Shown: positions 22,501 through 27,496 of the stretch, in pieces | Position numbering within the stretch: position 1 is the stretch's first letter | Layout: each line of letters opens with the position of its first letter | Assembly (NCBI GenBank): GCA_963704705.1 | Contig: OY969931.1 | Coordinates: 300,001-332,000 of the forward strand | Length of the DNA stretch: 32,000 nt | Origin: an uncultured bacterium | Lineage (GTDB): Bacteria > Patescibacteriota > Gracilibacteria > UBA1369 > PNNO01 | Reading direction: 5' to 3' | Program-made: the position numbers and the translations under genes | The notes under the pieces: model-generated | Databases searched by the model: none | Seen by the model: the letters and a program-made list of their open reading frames with translations, nothing else | What the model was told of the DNA's origin: nothing

Positions 22501-25435
22501 CCCTTATATAAAATATGGCTTCTCCGTTAATAAGATTAAGGCTTTCAGGCCCATCTATCTGTACTCTGGATTCTGCTTCATTGCTTAAGTTAAGTTTTAC
22601 CTCAGTAAATGAATCAAAATTATTTACAGCACCGGTTGTATTTACAGCACTTACTTTAACTTCATATTTTTCAGTGCTGCCGGTTACAAGCAAACCATCT
22701 TCATTTCCGAATTCGATTGATAAACCAACCGAGGCTTCTGCCCCATCCGGAATGCCATTACCATTTTTATCTTTTAATGATTCCTGAACCGCGTCACCCT
22801 GTTCGCTGATTGGGAATTCACCGCAAGCCGGCTGAAAGCTTATATTGCTTACTGAACTTCCAATCTCAGTTAAATACTGAACAATATATGCAAACCAGGC
22901 TAATAGGTTGCGACCGGTTACTTCGTCTCCTCCGCTGTCCTCTTGAGCAGCTTCTTCAGCCGCAAGGCCAGGATCTAACTGTGATTCCGGATCAGCATAT
23001 TCCCCGTCAGTATCAGCAATGTCAGGGGTTTTATTTAAAGCGAAGTCAATTTCATTTGAATCACCTTGAGCAGTTAAGTAAAAATATTCATAACCGTTTG
23101 TGTTTTCACCAACATATGCATCAGCATTTCCATCCAAATAATTTTTAATGGCATATGCGTGTTTCTGATCAATAGTGAAATTTATCCAGTTAATTGCATC
23201 AGCAACTTTATCCTCTTCATCCTGTATTAATCCTGTTAGCTGACCGTCAATTTCAACCACATTAGGATCATAACCCGGTAAACTCATGAGATAATCCTCA
23301 AGTTCGGATAGCTCGGTATTTAAATCATCAATAGAAGCTTTTCTAAAAGTGTTTGGGTAGATTATTTCCTGATAATCACCTCCCATATCCTGAAAAGCAA
23401 CAAACCTTGGATCATTTACCGGCATTGATTCAATATCTCCTTCTTTTAAATGTTTTTGGATTGTTTCAAGAGTAGGTTCTTTATGATAAGTAATGCTATT
23501 GATTGTGGTTAGCGTAGGACTAAATACATGAGAAATATCAAGCTTCACTCTTTTTATCCCTTCAAAAGGTGGATTTTCAAGAATGAATTCATTTTTATGA
23601 CTTCCAAGAAGCTTTATTCCGATTTCATACGGATTATTCGCATCGATTTTATATTTAAGATTATATTCATCTTCTTCATCAATCAGTCCGTCACCATCAT
23701 TATCCACACCATCAAAGCCTCCATACATATCAAGGATGTCTTTAAAAGTAAGTCTCGGACTGTTAAATAAAATAATATCTTCCGCAGGTCTGTATTTAGA
23801 ACCAGGTAATGGAATAGCATCTTTTTGAGCTTCACTTAAATAAGGATTTGCAATTTGCAAAAGATAATTTGTTGCTTCAGCAATATAATCATCAAATCTT
23901 GTTTTTTCCCTGAAATCGTAACATCCTGCATAAGTTAATGCCTCTAAAGGAACATTATCAACATGTACACCAAAATTTTCATCATAAACAGGGTCAACAG
24001 CCAAATCAGGAAAACATCTTTCAGGATGATCTGTGTTGCTTGCATCACATCCACCGTAACCAGTGCTGTCAGTTGCATCCGGATTATATACTCTGTTAAA
24101 TTCGGTGTTACCTCTGTAAAGTGTGCATTGTTTTGGATCTGTGACTTCAATTCCAGCCAAACCATTAAAGTGAATAGTGCTAAATCCGCCTTCTAAATGT
24201 TTGCTGTTATTAATAAACCTTTGCTGAACAACATTTATATTATTGTTATTATCCAGCGTAACCATTCCGGTTATTGTAGCATCTTCAATAAAACTAAAAG
24301 GGGACTGTAAAGTTTCAGCAACTTCATCGATCTTTGCTTCAATCTTGTCATTAACTTCTCTTAAGTATTCCTGTGAATATAAATCTTTAGCGGAAATTAG
24401 CTCAACAATTGAATCCCAGTTATCCCATCTGCCGGTGCCTGCCATTAAATCATTGGCTTTTTGCAGATAGTTTTCGAATAACTGGTGAAATTTAACTGCG
24501 TAAGCCTGGATAATTGTATGACTTTGCGCATCAGGCAAATCTTCAAACATTGCCGGATCAACAAAATCAGACAAATCTTTATCTCCATCAAGAAGTTCGG
24601 TTAATAAGTCTTTGGTATATCTGTAATATGCAAAGTCTTCCAAATGACTCGCGTAATTTTCATATCTTTTTAACACTGTTTGATCCAAAAGATTTTGTTC
24701 CCAGATCGTGTCAGCATATAATGCTTTTTCATCAAATTCAGTAAAATCAGGATTACCGCTGTGATATAAATGATTTTTATCAAAATATTCAGCAAGTTGA
24801 GTTTTTGCTTCTGCGCCTGTACGAGAAGGTTTTATTACCCCGTGCCAGACTTCGGGCTTTGGACTTAATGCTTCGGTGTTATATTCGAAATCTCTGGTAT
24901 CAATATTATAAATATATGATTTATCTTCAAAATCAGTATATGGAAGCATGCTAATAAATTTGAATCCGTTTTTATTTACAACCGGCAAAGGGACATCACC
25001 TATAGTTATTACACCTTCAAGCTGGCTTTTACCGCTTTCTGTCTCATCACCTTTAAAATATAAAGTTTCAAGAGCCCTCGAAATATCATAAGGAGTTTGA
25101 CTCGGATCAACTTTTAGAATTATTGATTTAGTAAATGTATCAGCCATCTGGACATCTTTTGCAAAACGATTAACCCTGTCTCTTAAAGTAAGAGAACTAA
25201 GTTCACCCCCATATTGTCCGATTAATCCGTTATATTGCTGATTATCTTCAAATAAACCATCTTCAACCAAAACAGCAATAAGCGATGTAACCTTGGTTGG
25301 CGCGTTTTCATTTCCAGACAGGCCAAATTGAGCGCTTGCCATTGGCGCTGTGACAAATTGTGTAAACAGGATCGCGGGGATAAGCAATCCTGACACAAAA
25401 TTTAAAAGTGAATTTTTGATTTTTGTTTTGTCCAT
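10541..25435 (-). CDS. Giant (4964 aa) secreted multidomain S-layer/adhesin-like protein
   Basis: Uninterrupted 14.9 kb ORF with signal peptide (SLLNFVSGLLIPAILFTQFVTAPMASAQ), two SLH regions, multiple DxDxDG Ca-binding repeats, FG-GAP-like, DUF11-like, FecR-like and PKD-like segments. Confidence 0.95.
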   Translation of the reverse strand: MDKTKIKNSLLNFVSGLLIPAILFTQFVTAPMASAQFGLSGNENAPTKVTSLIAVLVEDGLFEDNQQYNGLIGQYGGELSSLTLRDRVNRFAKDVQMADTFTKSIILKVDPSQTPYDISRALETLYFKGDETESGKSQLEGVITIGDVPLPVVNKNGFKFISMLPYTDFEDKSYIYNIDTRDFEYNTEALSPKPEVWHGVIKPSRTGAEAKTQLAEYFDKNHLYHSGNPDFTEFDEKALYADTIWEQNLLDQTVLKRYENYASHLEDFAYYRYTKDLLTELLDGDKDLSDFVDPAMFEDLPDAQSHTIIQAYAVKFHQLFENYLQKANDLMAGTGRWDNWDSIVELISAKDLYSQEYLREVNDKIEAKIDEVAETLQSPFSFIEDATITGMVTLDNNNNINVVQQRFINNSKHLEGGFSTIHFNGLAGIEVTDPKQCTLYRGNTEFNRVYNPDATDSTGYGGCDASNTDHPERCFPDLAVDPVYDENFGVHVDNVPLEALTYAGCYDFREKTRFDDYIAEATNYLLQIANPYLSEAQKDAIPLPGSKYRPAEDIILFNSPRLTFKDILDMYGGFDGVDNDGDGLIDEEDEYNLKYKIDANNPYEIGIKLLGSHKNEFILENPPFEGIKRVKLDISHVFSPTLTTINSITYHKEPTLETIQKHLKEGDIESMPVNDPRFVAFQDMGGDYQEIIYPNTFRKASIDDLNTELSELEDYLMSLPGYDPNVVEIDGQLTGLIQDEEDKVADAINWINFTIDQKHAYAIKNYLDGNADAYVGENTNGYEYFYLTAQGDSNEIDFALNKTPDIADTDGEYADPESQLDPGLAAEEAAQEDSGGDEVTGRNLLAWFAYIVQYLTEIGSSVSNISFQPACGEFPISEQGDAVQESLKDKNGNGIPDGAEASVGLSIEFGNEDGLLVTGSTEKYEVKVSAVNTTGAVNNFDSFTEVKLNLSNEAESRVQIDGPESLNLINGEAIFYIRATDVPGSFNISAESVNRPAILTSNILSLRSEARKIRVYTYELQTVEPPTFTEEVLNGYVVKNDAGEIIAEIDPDTGKITIKNEAYDIEVFESEPDKRLRVGIIEIRTGNLVAAVMVVPDEKSVTLQQPDFSFEENALTLNGIHVKDIRTNDYVIPYELNNSIYLLDNSGPYTQRIARITDEGQVYVADEHFIIVKNPDKTDEPYIFIIEDGSGNDLAEFYISYRQSQINVTSDFPDLLSKLIEKISKTAFAQSSHENDSDQDGLTDLEETFIGTNRIDKDTDKDGFGDGEEITSGYDPLKKDAKLFSDLDPVQASYSAFTSLLLKGVITRGANNTIRPNDLITREEYLRMVLGITCVNCSKFSDAAKQKVDSIYAPSPFPDSDISEEFGYCVKEGKNEGIVAGYAAGKDAGYFKPQYNISRAEAVKVILEAAGIDSLDYYEAGKPWYYRYVLKAKSENIYPEQTNPSLAPFNTYSEEEFKDWVDNELSSPSNVFETYITSPITRAEFAIMVQNITKVFDCYKLDQDGDGLPDNIEIYQYNTSITSADTDQGGLDDLTEIVSNKNPLDPSDDAFLDSDGDGIPDIWEDANGLDKFDSSDAYYDFDSDGLINIHEYNNDTDPRNPDTDGGGTQDGDEVWLQNTDPLSGGDDTGNPAFGVGIVALGNNIEKDTAFQIITEGVQEQVLNLIDTFTADGLSTLFLAAEVLDEKGDIIESDNNSVIEFFLKDTSTTDAKLGETKVRVQNGTAVNTITSTTNAGVIDVGAKLVTGSLPTMPHQVFAEPQPPVRMEITPRSNVIKTGGLSKTPLTITLYDINNNVVNNDFFDIDVNISGPGVLDINADIDKNKEGIQLDTYEGFVNVDLFSTELEGDIEINATLNKDDLNLSASTTVASRDDIKLEIIPGKEFIYANGSDTIQLRAQAVDGTGSILTGYNEQIIFKAADESLGAFTTDPVKDLQNGEATITFKSTTKSGIEEVSATSIGLDPGLIQIYSIAYQPFEIKLETDSDTFNSSNDSTTVTAKIYDMNGNFVEFDNQTPLTFRITDETSKYGEITSDASAIVNKGKAEVTIAGKGISGEVHLVASSPGLTSGTINLYPLTKISSEDIVGDYPDALYGTMLGGPFGDPTQEKYAAGEILFKGNVQAVTALTVDANPNMPLATIDANGGISMTGDSSLESSFNAPNSVIISNPETGQDVAEVTYEYPGGMPINIVDFANTEMLQEGIYLIKQTEDEMFKFVELSDAAGITVNGNEGLRISSGGKLKVSDNLMEIKLSDTESSFLVLDVLYADEKIAEIIYAKNLNTDAKINSAITSNGIFVKKLSDDYIVSQTVAGSSTKEPKGVLISDKNLKVVGSSAPGFSYTSLEKINDVMGVGLDGDNKHSLFFAGGNSVGVSNIPYATDIGINLGDPTVRLGLKNQITSAGYTKDIGQPLYSGDDTIKEMVLSDYNNDSLDDIILAYESGEVRLLQRQLSARPYKDKGLLLDITNGIYSIASADFNNDGYDDLLVSTKDPCVGDEVCFYLYENHEGNFTRTHLDLDLDDKVSSIKIGDMNNDGYVDIVLAELSGNIKIYYNNEGVIDTNGQIVENLGMSIDGSSDFKNEVLIHYDGMPVELEYVIDANGNFVLDSEGKKIPYLDDDFNFQSITMKSGSASNNEFVDAATQAQLEALGADPAVFAAQEEVPFIYMDADPIFGSTDSSKKAVDINGSTLAMGDKIVYTITLFNNSPNEINNLMLSDFITDTLEFNPDSLKCINCNQDIQVIDTGMSLRPWAVTIPSIPSGESRLITYEMNVINVPEIALDLNSNFDANFPKDGFLDISANPSNNNSGKNLFLYSVSKDQETGRMSYSRYVTDPAQAQKPDLPFGIEDANGDGIADSLPSEIEDMAKDLNEGDADGDGVPNAWDEVNGAVDNVADEISKIIDTFSCKGGCIPTPINMAFLAPGPINVMGTPAGADPGTPVFVYGPVTIYLSPTLTAHLANSVCIAGQCWSLIIPLLPPEACQAISEAFESAMAKATNVISSASGTSLLSGGGGSSGSINPREGNGGLTGTSLLGGYKPSGSSNTNKKVPGFPGVITDWFAKQIEEIMVKLSDLPDLYVYYPNPSSFVSETPPTANFKTFQDVLTYVNKLPLIDLEVKSIQMKIPALSAAEIPKLQAELQNWLAKAKIQLQQLKVQLKIPCDLKPELKNKCLSAFASIEKPIASVEKNLKLLEEYKKLPAKILEWKNVKTKYIKQLICYLDTIVTYMGGYFKKQVSKINGWQKVTLDIKNLLKTWQKISKLMSDYMKTCDSCKTERYSLMQLLAQLFTGAIPQPPIIQFPKWPDFHFDFSQIQLGLKVVLPDIQFKKEQIIMPKLPDFQLPTFPTLPQLPTQPGVPLPPEVENILKQIEQNLDIIKNASSVLSVSIPELPEIPEFPELPDLPPMPLPQLPDLPDPPKIPELSSNIDTALDGLSVAIKIMCLLKKNLLPIPVSNLKSHIEAATARSSSTSLPIDTLFSVQSPAVNIPSIDKIKLNLKVDLRLETDSIYKSIEEVAKAWNGIATDLSKVSAEISQAISEIEIPTPEIPSIPEVPAVPEIPSPQAYNPDPIKLVATQSYINPDALNSSYEEIKTSIENEDLPPEMATNYHTNLRDALIAYTDSDQLFSQSVGEDYDRLVALADNAPRLNDYIKTRQTASAEPVPLSIKKKTESESFEGIKNTARLIALNTNAISPNVISEEQVTNPDGQTELTGLYVFNPATGVNERILMYEGEIGLPNNSIIADIDKDEDEDIIYSYGGNVYLKENYTKPPASEFVKYNSQNAKVANLDDYIPEAPTVNNYNVTYDVGTEGDFDWQGLSEGSISGYEIVNKDSLADFDSTDYTPSDKIVVIENKEQTITVGRIKQDLEITAVEGTYTVNGESSELYNFGDSIETGSDPNTQVAISFSDSSQIFLGPDTIIKLPDYTPGDFEVTVVTGRAEFRSNFFTNMFLQENSSTINEDADVKMIFKNGDTVEPLKNSYFFGSTVADGLAYISNFSGQATLKGMSRQILNSGSGRQILQKGQIIHTMEDSKMIIYPEEGVQQNLEISANRTIPVSQKYTDDIEIQVTSGKVELITPTDELINETSAERGMLLQFNETIQMQSGTMEITFANGAKTILGPEDSLKIIELTDPNNPFINLQSEEGNYYSQIYAIGNNGKKGNPTETKIFAPQICSDDQKPFVEAGPSDKQVIVMQTLRLDASKSFDTNGKIKQFYIDTNIKEDSDNDGDPANDNDYMNSIPSHPIFLIGPFEKLGTVQYGLNAVDESGNIGKQIINIEVVAPDITLNESSATSELITGSIDPVAQDIPITLVRKRDGAVSKIAETTTDEEGNFRVDGLNYNDAILVKNVDGKVVAEIDTYTGRIIILDENYYVDVYEATFPSMPTRMVVIEKSTNEIMTTVLLIPDLNTDVTIHNSDFNFDIGSIFELEGTHIKDTNPNDQFEISSLPADDPNFTGGAEIRDTSSDSRVSIVDSGGNIYFFDDKLDLRLKPVTDTNEPLVIEMLYDSNVIAEVFISINNGKQAEIVSRDQIGLPKEISTSDLDGDGMSDNFELQYGFDARNPDDANLDSDGDGLSNLEEFRLGINPLNPDTDGDGFSDGDEVSWGKNPNKAAGSPFDDVPEDHPYYDSIVNLSQKNILMGEIVDGKYDFNPDKFIARKDFADIILKMLCIIPRPEAHEEPNLYSDMPFDENNYYYPVIKEATLQGFVTGYVGEIDQESGLNPYKPEATITRAEAVKIVLEALEKQGIISLADVQPSKDQAWYVPYMNIAVDISPRLLKESEVKETYILTPSEASQPNKLLTRAEFAAIADRVLQAFDCYIIDTDGDGMPDIWEIQNGLDPNDPNDAGLDPDGDGLSNLDEYRFGTDPFDPDTDDGGTYDGVEVERGTNPVDYPQDDELITTGRIEEGGFDPRQNLDEGVYVVENDCNSCPCLSALDHKADLIIGDILFAVIANGDLSTIFSKSNELTFKYEP
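10800..11010 (-). other. C-terminal thrombospondin-type-3-like Ca-binding repeats of the giant protein
   Basis: DTDGDGMPDIWEIQNGLDPNDPNDAGLDPDGDGLSNLDEYRFGTDPFDPDTDDGGTYDGVEVERGTNP. Confidence 0.85.
11015..11620 (-). other. C-terminal SLH domain region
   Basis: FDDVPEDHPYYDSIVNLSQKNILMGE..., FNPDKFIARKDFADIILKML, GLNPYKPEATITRAEAVKIVLEAL, KLLTRAEFAAIADRVL. Confidence 0.85.
12620..12935 (-). other. PKD-like segment of the giant protein
   Basis: KPFVEAGPSDKQVIVMQTLRLDASKSFDTNGKIKQFYIDTN...GTVQYGLNAVDESGNIGKQIINIEVV. Confidence 0.5.
13600..13870 (-). other. FecR-like segment of the giant protein
   Basis: ITAVEGTYTVNGESSELYNFGDSIETGSDPNTQVAISFSDSSQIFLGPDTIIKLPD; a weaker second copy (GTMEITFANGAKTILGPEDSLKI) lies at about 13090-13170. 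Confidence 0.5.
14740..16140 (-). other. Helical/proline-rich rod region of the giant protein
   Basis: Coiled-coil-like LEVKSIQMKIPALSAAEIPKLQAELQNWLAKAKIQLQQLKVQL..., then PELPEIPEFPELPDLPPMPLPQLPDLPDPPKIPEL, then IPTPEIPSIPEVPAVPEIPSP. Confidence 0.65.
17070..17410 (-). other. DUF11-like repeat
   Basis: GDKIVYTITLFNNSPNEINNLMLSDFITDTLEFNPDSL...SGESRLITYEMNV matches the DUF11 pattern. Confidence 0.65.
17780..18225 (-). other. FG-GAP/VCBS-like propeller repeats
   Basis: SDYNNDSLDDIILAYESGEVRLL, ADFNNDGYDDLLVST, GDMNNDGYVDIVLAELSGNIKIYYNN. Confidence 0.75.
20550..20945 (-). other. Ca-binding type-3-like repeats after the first SLH region
   Basis: LDQDGDGLPDN...DSDGDGIPDIWEDANGLD...DFDSDGLINIHEYNNDTDPRNPDTDGGGTQDGDE. 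Confidence 0.85.
20946..21605 (-). other. First SLH domain region
   Basis: FSDLDPVQASYSAFTSLLLKGVITRGANNTIRPNDLITREEYLRMVL, YFKPQYNISRAEAVKVILEAA, ITSPITRAEFAIMVQNI. Confidence 0.85.
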
Positions 25436-25471
25436 TTTTTAGCCGGCTTGATATTTATTAAATATCATATT

Positions 25472-25500
25472 ATTTTACCATAAATAAGCCAAAATGTCAC
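25472..25500 (-). promoter_or_regulatory. sigma70-like promoter of the giant-protein operon
   Basis: Minus strand GTGACA - 17 nt - TAAAAT with TGG extended -10; leader of about 30 nt. Confidence 0.7.
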
Positions 25501-25516
25501 GGGTAAATAGATAAAA

Positions 25517-25565
25517 ATCACCTAGTGATTTCATATTACTCGGTAATCCCACATTACTAAGTAAT
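25517..25565 (-). promoter_or_regulatory. Second array of three 13-bp palindromic sites at 18-bp period
   Basis: ATCACCTAGTGAT (25517-25529), ATTACTCGGTAAT (25535-25547) and ATTACTAAGTAAT (25553-25565), just upstream of the promoter. Confidence 0.7.
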
Positions 25566-25573
25566 TCAATATA

Positions 25574-25617
25574 TAAAAAAAGCCGATCCTCCGCTTATTT
25601 AAAGGGAAAATCGGCTT
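25574..25617 (-). terminator. Intrinsic terminator downstream of the pilin gene
   Basis: Minus strand AAGCCGAT - 22 nt - ATCGGCTT followed by TTTTT. Confidence 0.8.
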
Positions 25618-25630
25618 AATTTAAATTGTT

Positions 25631-26158
25631 TTATAGGAGTCTCATAAAGTATGTATCTCCTTCACTTGGTTGGGCTGATCCATCAAATGATTCTGGATCA
25701 TCATTAGTATTATTTTTCTTTGGCGTTTCCATTACAGTAGCAATAATATATTCAATTCCATTTTCACCTATACGTTTGTAATAATATTGTCCATTCTCTA
25801 CACAGTCACCTGGATCAGTTACTTCTGTTGATAGACTTCTGTTTGGAGATGGATCTTTTGGAGGAGTTCCACCTTTAAAGTAATCAACAGCAACTGAATC
25901 TGAGCCTCCTGGTTCAATAAATACACCGTCAGCATCACCTGTGAAACAAGCACCAGCACCTAATGCCAATGGGTAAGTACCATAGTCAGAGTTAAATGTT
26001 TCAAGAGCAGTCACTAAATTATTAATATCTCCTTCTCTTGCAGCGTCCCTTCCTCTAGAGAGAGCATCTCTAATAGTCGGGTACAATGAAGCAGCAAGTA
26101 CGCCGATAATCGCAATTACTATAAGTAATTCGATTAGTGTGAAACCTTTTCGTTTCAT
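25631..26158 (-). CDS. Type IV pilin / type II secretion pseudopilin, prepilin-cleavage N-terminus
   Basis: MKRKGFTLIELLIVIAIIGVLAASLYPTIRDALSRGRDAAREGDINNL. Track start 26185 is TTG; ATG at 26158 places G^FTLIE correctly. Confidence 0.93.
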   Translation of the reverse strand: MKRKGFTLIELLIVIAIIGVLAASLYPTIRDALSRGRDAAREGDINNLVTALETFNSDYGTYPLALGAGACFTGDADGVFIEPGGSDSVAVDYFKGGTPPKDPSPNRSLSTEVTDPGDCVENGQYYYKRIGENGIEYIIATVMETPKKNNTNDDPESFDGSAQPSEGDTYFMRLL

Positions 26159-26191
26159 GGTTAAATGGTTAAAGTTATATTCCAATTAAAC

Positions 26192-26220
26192 ATTATACAA
26201 TATTGAAAAATAAATGCAAA
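26192..26220 (-). promoter_or_regulatory. Pilin gene promoter
   Basis: Minus strand TTTGCA - 17 nt - TATAAT, with the expected start site near 26185. Confidence 0.5.
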
Positions 26221-26224
26221 AAAA

Positions 26225-27496
26225 TTATGTAGTTCCTATTACTGAAGACATATTAAGTATTGGCAGCATAACCGCAGCAACAAGCCCTCCAACAGCTATT
26301 CCAACAAAAACCATAATTATCGGTTCCATTACTTTTGTAAGACTTTTTACAGCTGTATCAACCTGTTCATCATAAAATATCGCCAATTTTTTACTAACAT
26401 CCTCCAATTGCGCTGTTTGTTCACCGACTTCAATCATATTCACGAGCATATTCGGAAATTCTTTGCTGTTTCTTAGAGTTTCGGCTAAAGGTATACCACC
26501 TCGGATATCATCGCCTGCATGTTTGATTTTCCGCTTATAGACCTCATTTTTCATTGCATTTCCAATTATATGTAATGATTGAGTAATTGATACCCCCGCA
26601 CCCAATAAATTTCCAAGACTTCGCGCAAATTGGGCAAGTGTGGATTTTCTTACCAAGTCACCAATTATTGGTATTTTAAGCATAAAAATATCCCAGTAAT
26701 TTTTACCTTCTTTTGTTTTTTTCAATGTAATTATTCCTACAACAAATATAGTTATGCCCAAAACAATCGCTATAGCATTATTTCGCATAAAATCACTTAA
26801 CCCTATTACTAACCTGGTTATAAAAGGAAGTTCTGTTCCTGTTTCAAGAAATAACTGAATAATATTTGGTACAACAAATACCATCATTAAAAACATTACA
26901 ATGAGCAAGATTGTTAATACCACTATTGGATAAGTAAGAGCGCCTTTAACTTTTGCAATAGTACGCGCGTTTTTCTCCGTCTCTTTTGCCATATCTTTTA
27001 AAATATCGTTTAAATGGCCTGAAACCTCACCGCTACGTATCATCCCAACCTGTGAATCACTGAAAATTTTAGGATTTTTCTCCATTGACCCTGACAGGCT
27101 TTCACCTTCTTCAATTTTAATTGCCATGTCATTTATGGCTCTTTGAAATTTTTTGTTTTTTGCATTTTGATCAGCCAAGGTTTCAAGTGCTCTGATAATT
27201 GGAATTCCTGCGTCTACCATAACCGCAAGAAGCCTGAAAAATACAGCTTTCTCCTGCAATTTTACTTTTCCCATTTCAACAAGCTTATCATCAAACCTTC
27301 TATACAAATCAAGGAAAAAATTCCCTGTTTGTTCAAAACCAAGTTTCTTTTTTAAAGCAATTTTATCTTTACTTCTGCCTATATTTAAAACGATTTTTCC
27401 CTCAAGTTTAGACTCGACTTCTTCTATTTTCTGAGCCTTATTTAATTCAAATGTTTCACCGGCTGTTTGTTGAGCAAAATCTTTAGCTTTCTTCAT
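26225..27496 (-). CDS. pilC: Type IV pilus/type II secretion inner-membrane platform protein (PilC/GspF)
   Basis: 423 aa; FFRLLAVMVDAGIPIIRALETLADQ, GEVSGHLNDILKDMA, FARSLGNLLGAGVSITQSL, EPIIMVFVGIAVGGLVAAVMLPI. Confidence 0.93.
   Translation of the reverse strand: MKKAKDFAQQTAGETFELNKAQKIEEVESKLEGKIVLNIGRSKDKIALKKKLGFEQTGNFFLDLYRRFDDKLVEMGKVKLQEKAVFFRLLAVMVDAGIPIIRALETLADQNAKNKKFQRAINDMAIKIEEGESLSGSMEKNPKIFSDSQVGMIRSGEVSGHLNDILKDMAKETEKNARTIAKVKGALTYPIVVLTILLIVMFLMMVFVVPNIIQLFLETGTELPFITRLVIGLSDFMRNNAIAIVLGITIFVVGIITLKKTKEGKNYWDIFMLKIPIIGDLVRKSTLAQFARSLGNLLGAGVSITQSLHIIGNAMKNEVYKRKIKHAGDDIRGGIPLAETLRNSKEFPNMLVNMIEVGEQTAQLEDVSKKLAIFYDEQVDTAVKSLTKVMEPIIMVFVGIAVGGLVAAVMLPILNMSSVIGTT

Noticed and set aside
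10798-24744. Numerous + strand ORFs of 60-140 aa antisense to the giant gene (for example 14979..15401, 22810..23148)
   Set aside because: They are shadow ORFs of a long repetitive coding region, with biased composition, no signal or domain logic, no promoters or RBS, and heavy overlap with a convincing minus-strand CDS.
6807-25449. 12-bp sequence AAGCCGGCTAAA found inverted at both ends of the giant operon (6807-6818 and 25438-25449)
   Set aside because: A 12-mer shared between two places in 32 kb is expected many times by chance, and there is no target duplication or recombinase nearby, so I do not claim a mobile boundary.
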